Shown: positions 63,670 to 64,000 of the stretch, in pieces
Numbering within the stretch: the first letter of the stretch is position 1
How the letters are laid out: every line of letters starts with the position of its first letter
Sequence record: LR756511.1
DNA: 64,000 nt
Reading direction: 5' to 3' (one strand)
Program-made: the position numbers and the translations under genes
Notes under the pieces: model-generated
Seen by the model: only the letters and a program-made list of their open reading frames with translations
Told to the model about the DNA's origin: nothing
Databases searched by the model: none

Positions 63670-63742
63670 TGGGCGCTAAGGGATTCGAACCCCTGACTTC
63701 TTGCGTGTAAGGCAAGCACTCTAGCCGCTGAGTTAAGCGCCC
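63670..63742 (-). tRNA. tRNA-Val (UAC)
   Basis: GGGCGCT/AGCGCCC, CTTGC-CTTACAC-GCAAG. Confidence 0.95.
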
Positions 63743-63954
63743 TATAAACTTTCCAACAAATGTCTCGGTGTTAAAGCCTTTGTGTCATATACGAATTTTC
63801 CATCCACTTCTTTCAAATGCCGTTTAGCGTGGCAATTAAAACAAACTATTTCTAAGTTATCCCAACTATTATTGTGTGGGTTTCCATCCTTGTGATGGAT
63901 CGTCAATAAAAATTCTAAATTATTTTCACATCCGACACAAATCTTTTTACTCAC
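63742..63954 (-). CDS. small HNH endonuclease
   Basis: CVGC...LTIHHKDGNPHNN.WDNLEIVCFNCH. Confidence 0.8.
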   Translation of the reverse strand: MSKKICVGCENNLEFLLTIHHKDGNPHNNSWDNLEIVCFNCHAKRHLKEVDGKFVYDTKALTPRHLLESL

Positions 63955-64000
63955 ATCCCAAAAGCGAGTGCAATCTGCATTTCTATAAGTTCCAGTGCCA

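Noticed and set aside
1-64000. Bacterial chromosome or prophage interpretation (many housekeeping genes)
   Set aside because: Housekeeping genes are isolated among dozens of short phage-type ORFs with T4-like structural paralogs, T4-type late boxes and CCA-less dispersed tRNAs; no operon context, rRNA or integrase
1-64000. CRISPR array
   Set aside because: No run of equal-length direct repeats with unique spacers seen
1-64000. Stop-codon reassignment (common in some huge phages)
   Set aside because: Well-known genes (clpX, purC, map, folD, prs) are full length in the standard code, TAA/TAG/TGA all terminate genes at expected ends, and no suppressor tRNA was found

Overview
64 kb from a large (jumbo-type) T4-superfamily bacteriophage genome. 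Genes are dense, mostly on the minus strand, with many short hypothetical ORFs and 10 dispersed tRNA genes plus one tRNA-like RNA. There is no rRNA, CRISPR array or integrase. The host is probably a planctomycete (TIGR02996-like domain, planctomycete-style CsrA, BON and ClpX); this is inference. Host-takeover and auxiliary genes include clpX, prs, folD, pyrE, purC, pyrD-like, map, PTH2, a minimal EF-Ts, CsrA, TraR/DksA, a MESH1-like HD hydrolase, a full WGR-helical-catalytic PARP, two NADARs and a glycosylation/sulfation set (GT75, GT11, GT9, two sulfotransferases, RmlA-like, GNA1-like). Most striking observations: (1) four twin-arginine-leader ORFs that each carry a miniaturised or catalytically dead piece of a T4-type morphogenesis protein (gp15; a gp23 motif; a gp20 motif fused to gp13; gp21), plus a leader-less gp23 fragment; (2) a GG-terminated beta-grasp-like protein coupled to a Cys-bearing possible E2-like protein; (3) a tRNA-Ile2(CAU) with a 21-nt hairpin inserted in its anticodon loop; (4) a 75-nt RNA resembling only the tRNA-like domain of tmRNA; (5) a long-variable-arm tRNA-Thr(UGU); (6) a sigma-70 gene broken at region 2.3; (7) two recurrent promoter motifs, one apparently driving leaderless late mRNAs for proteins with T4 internal-protein-like N-termini. 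All family assignments are from motif recognition by eye; no database searches were run.
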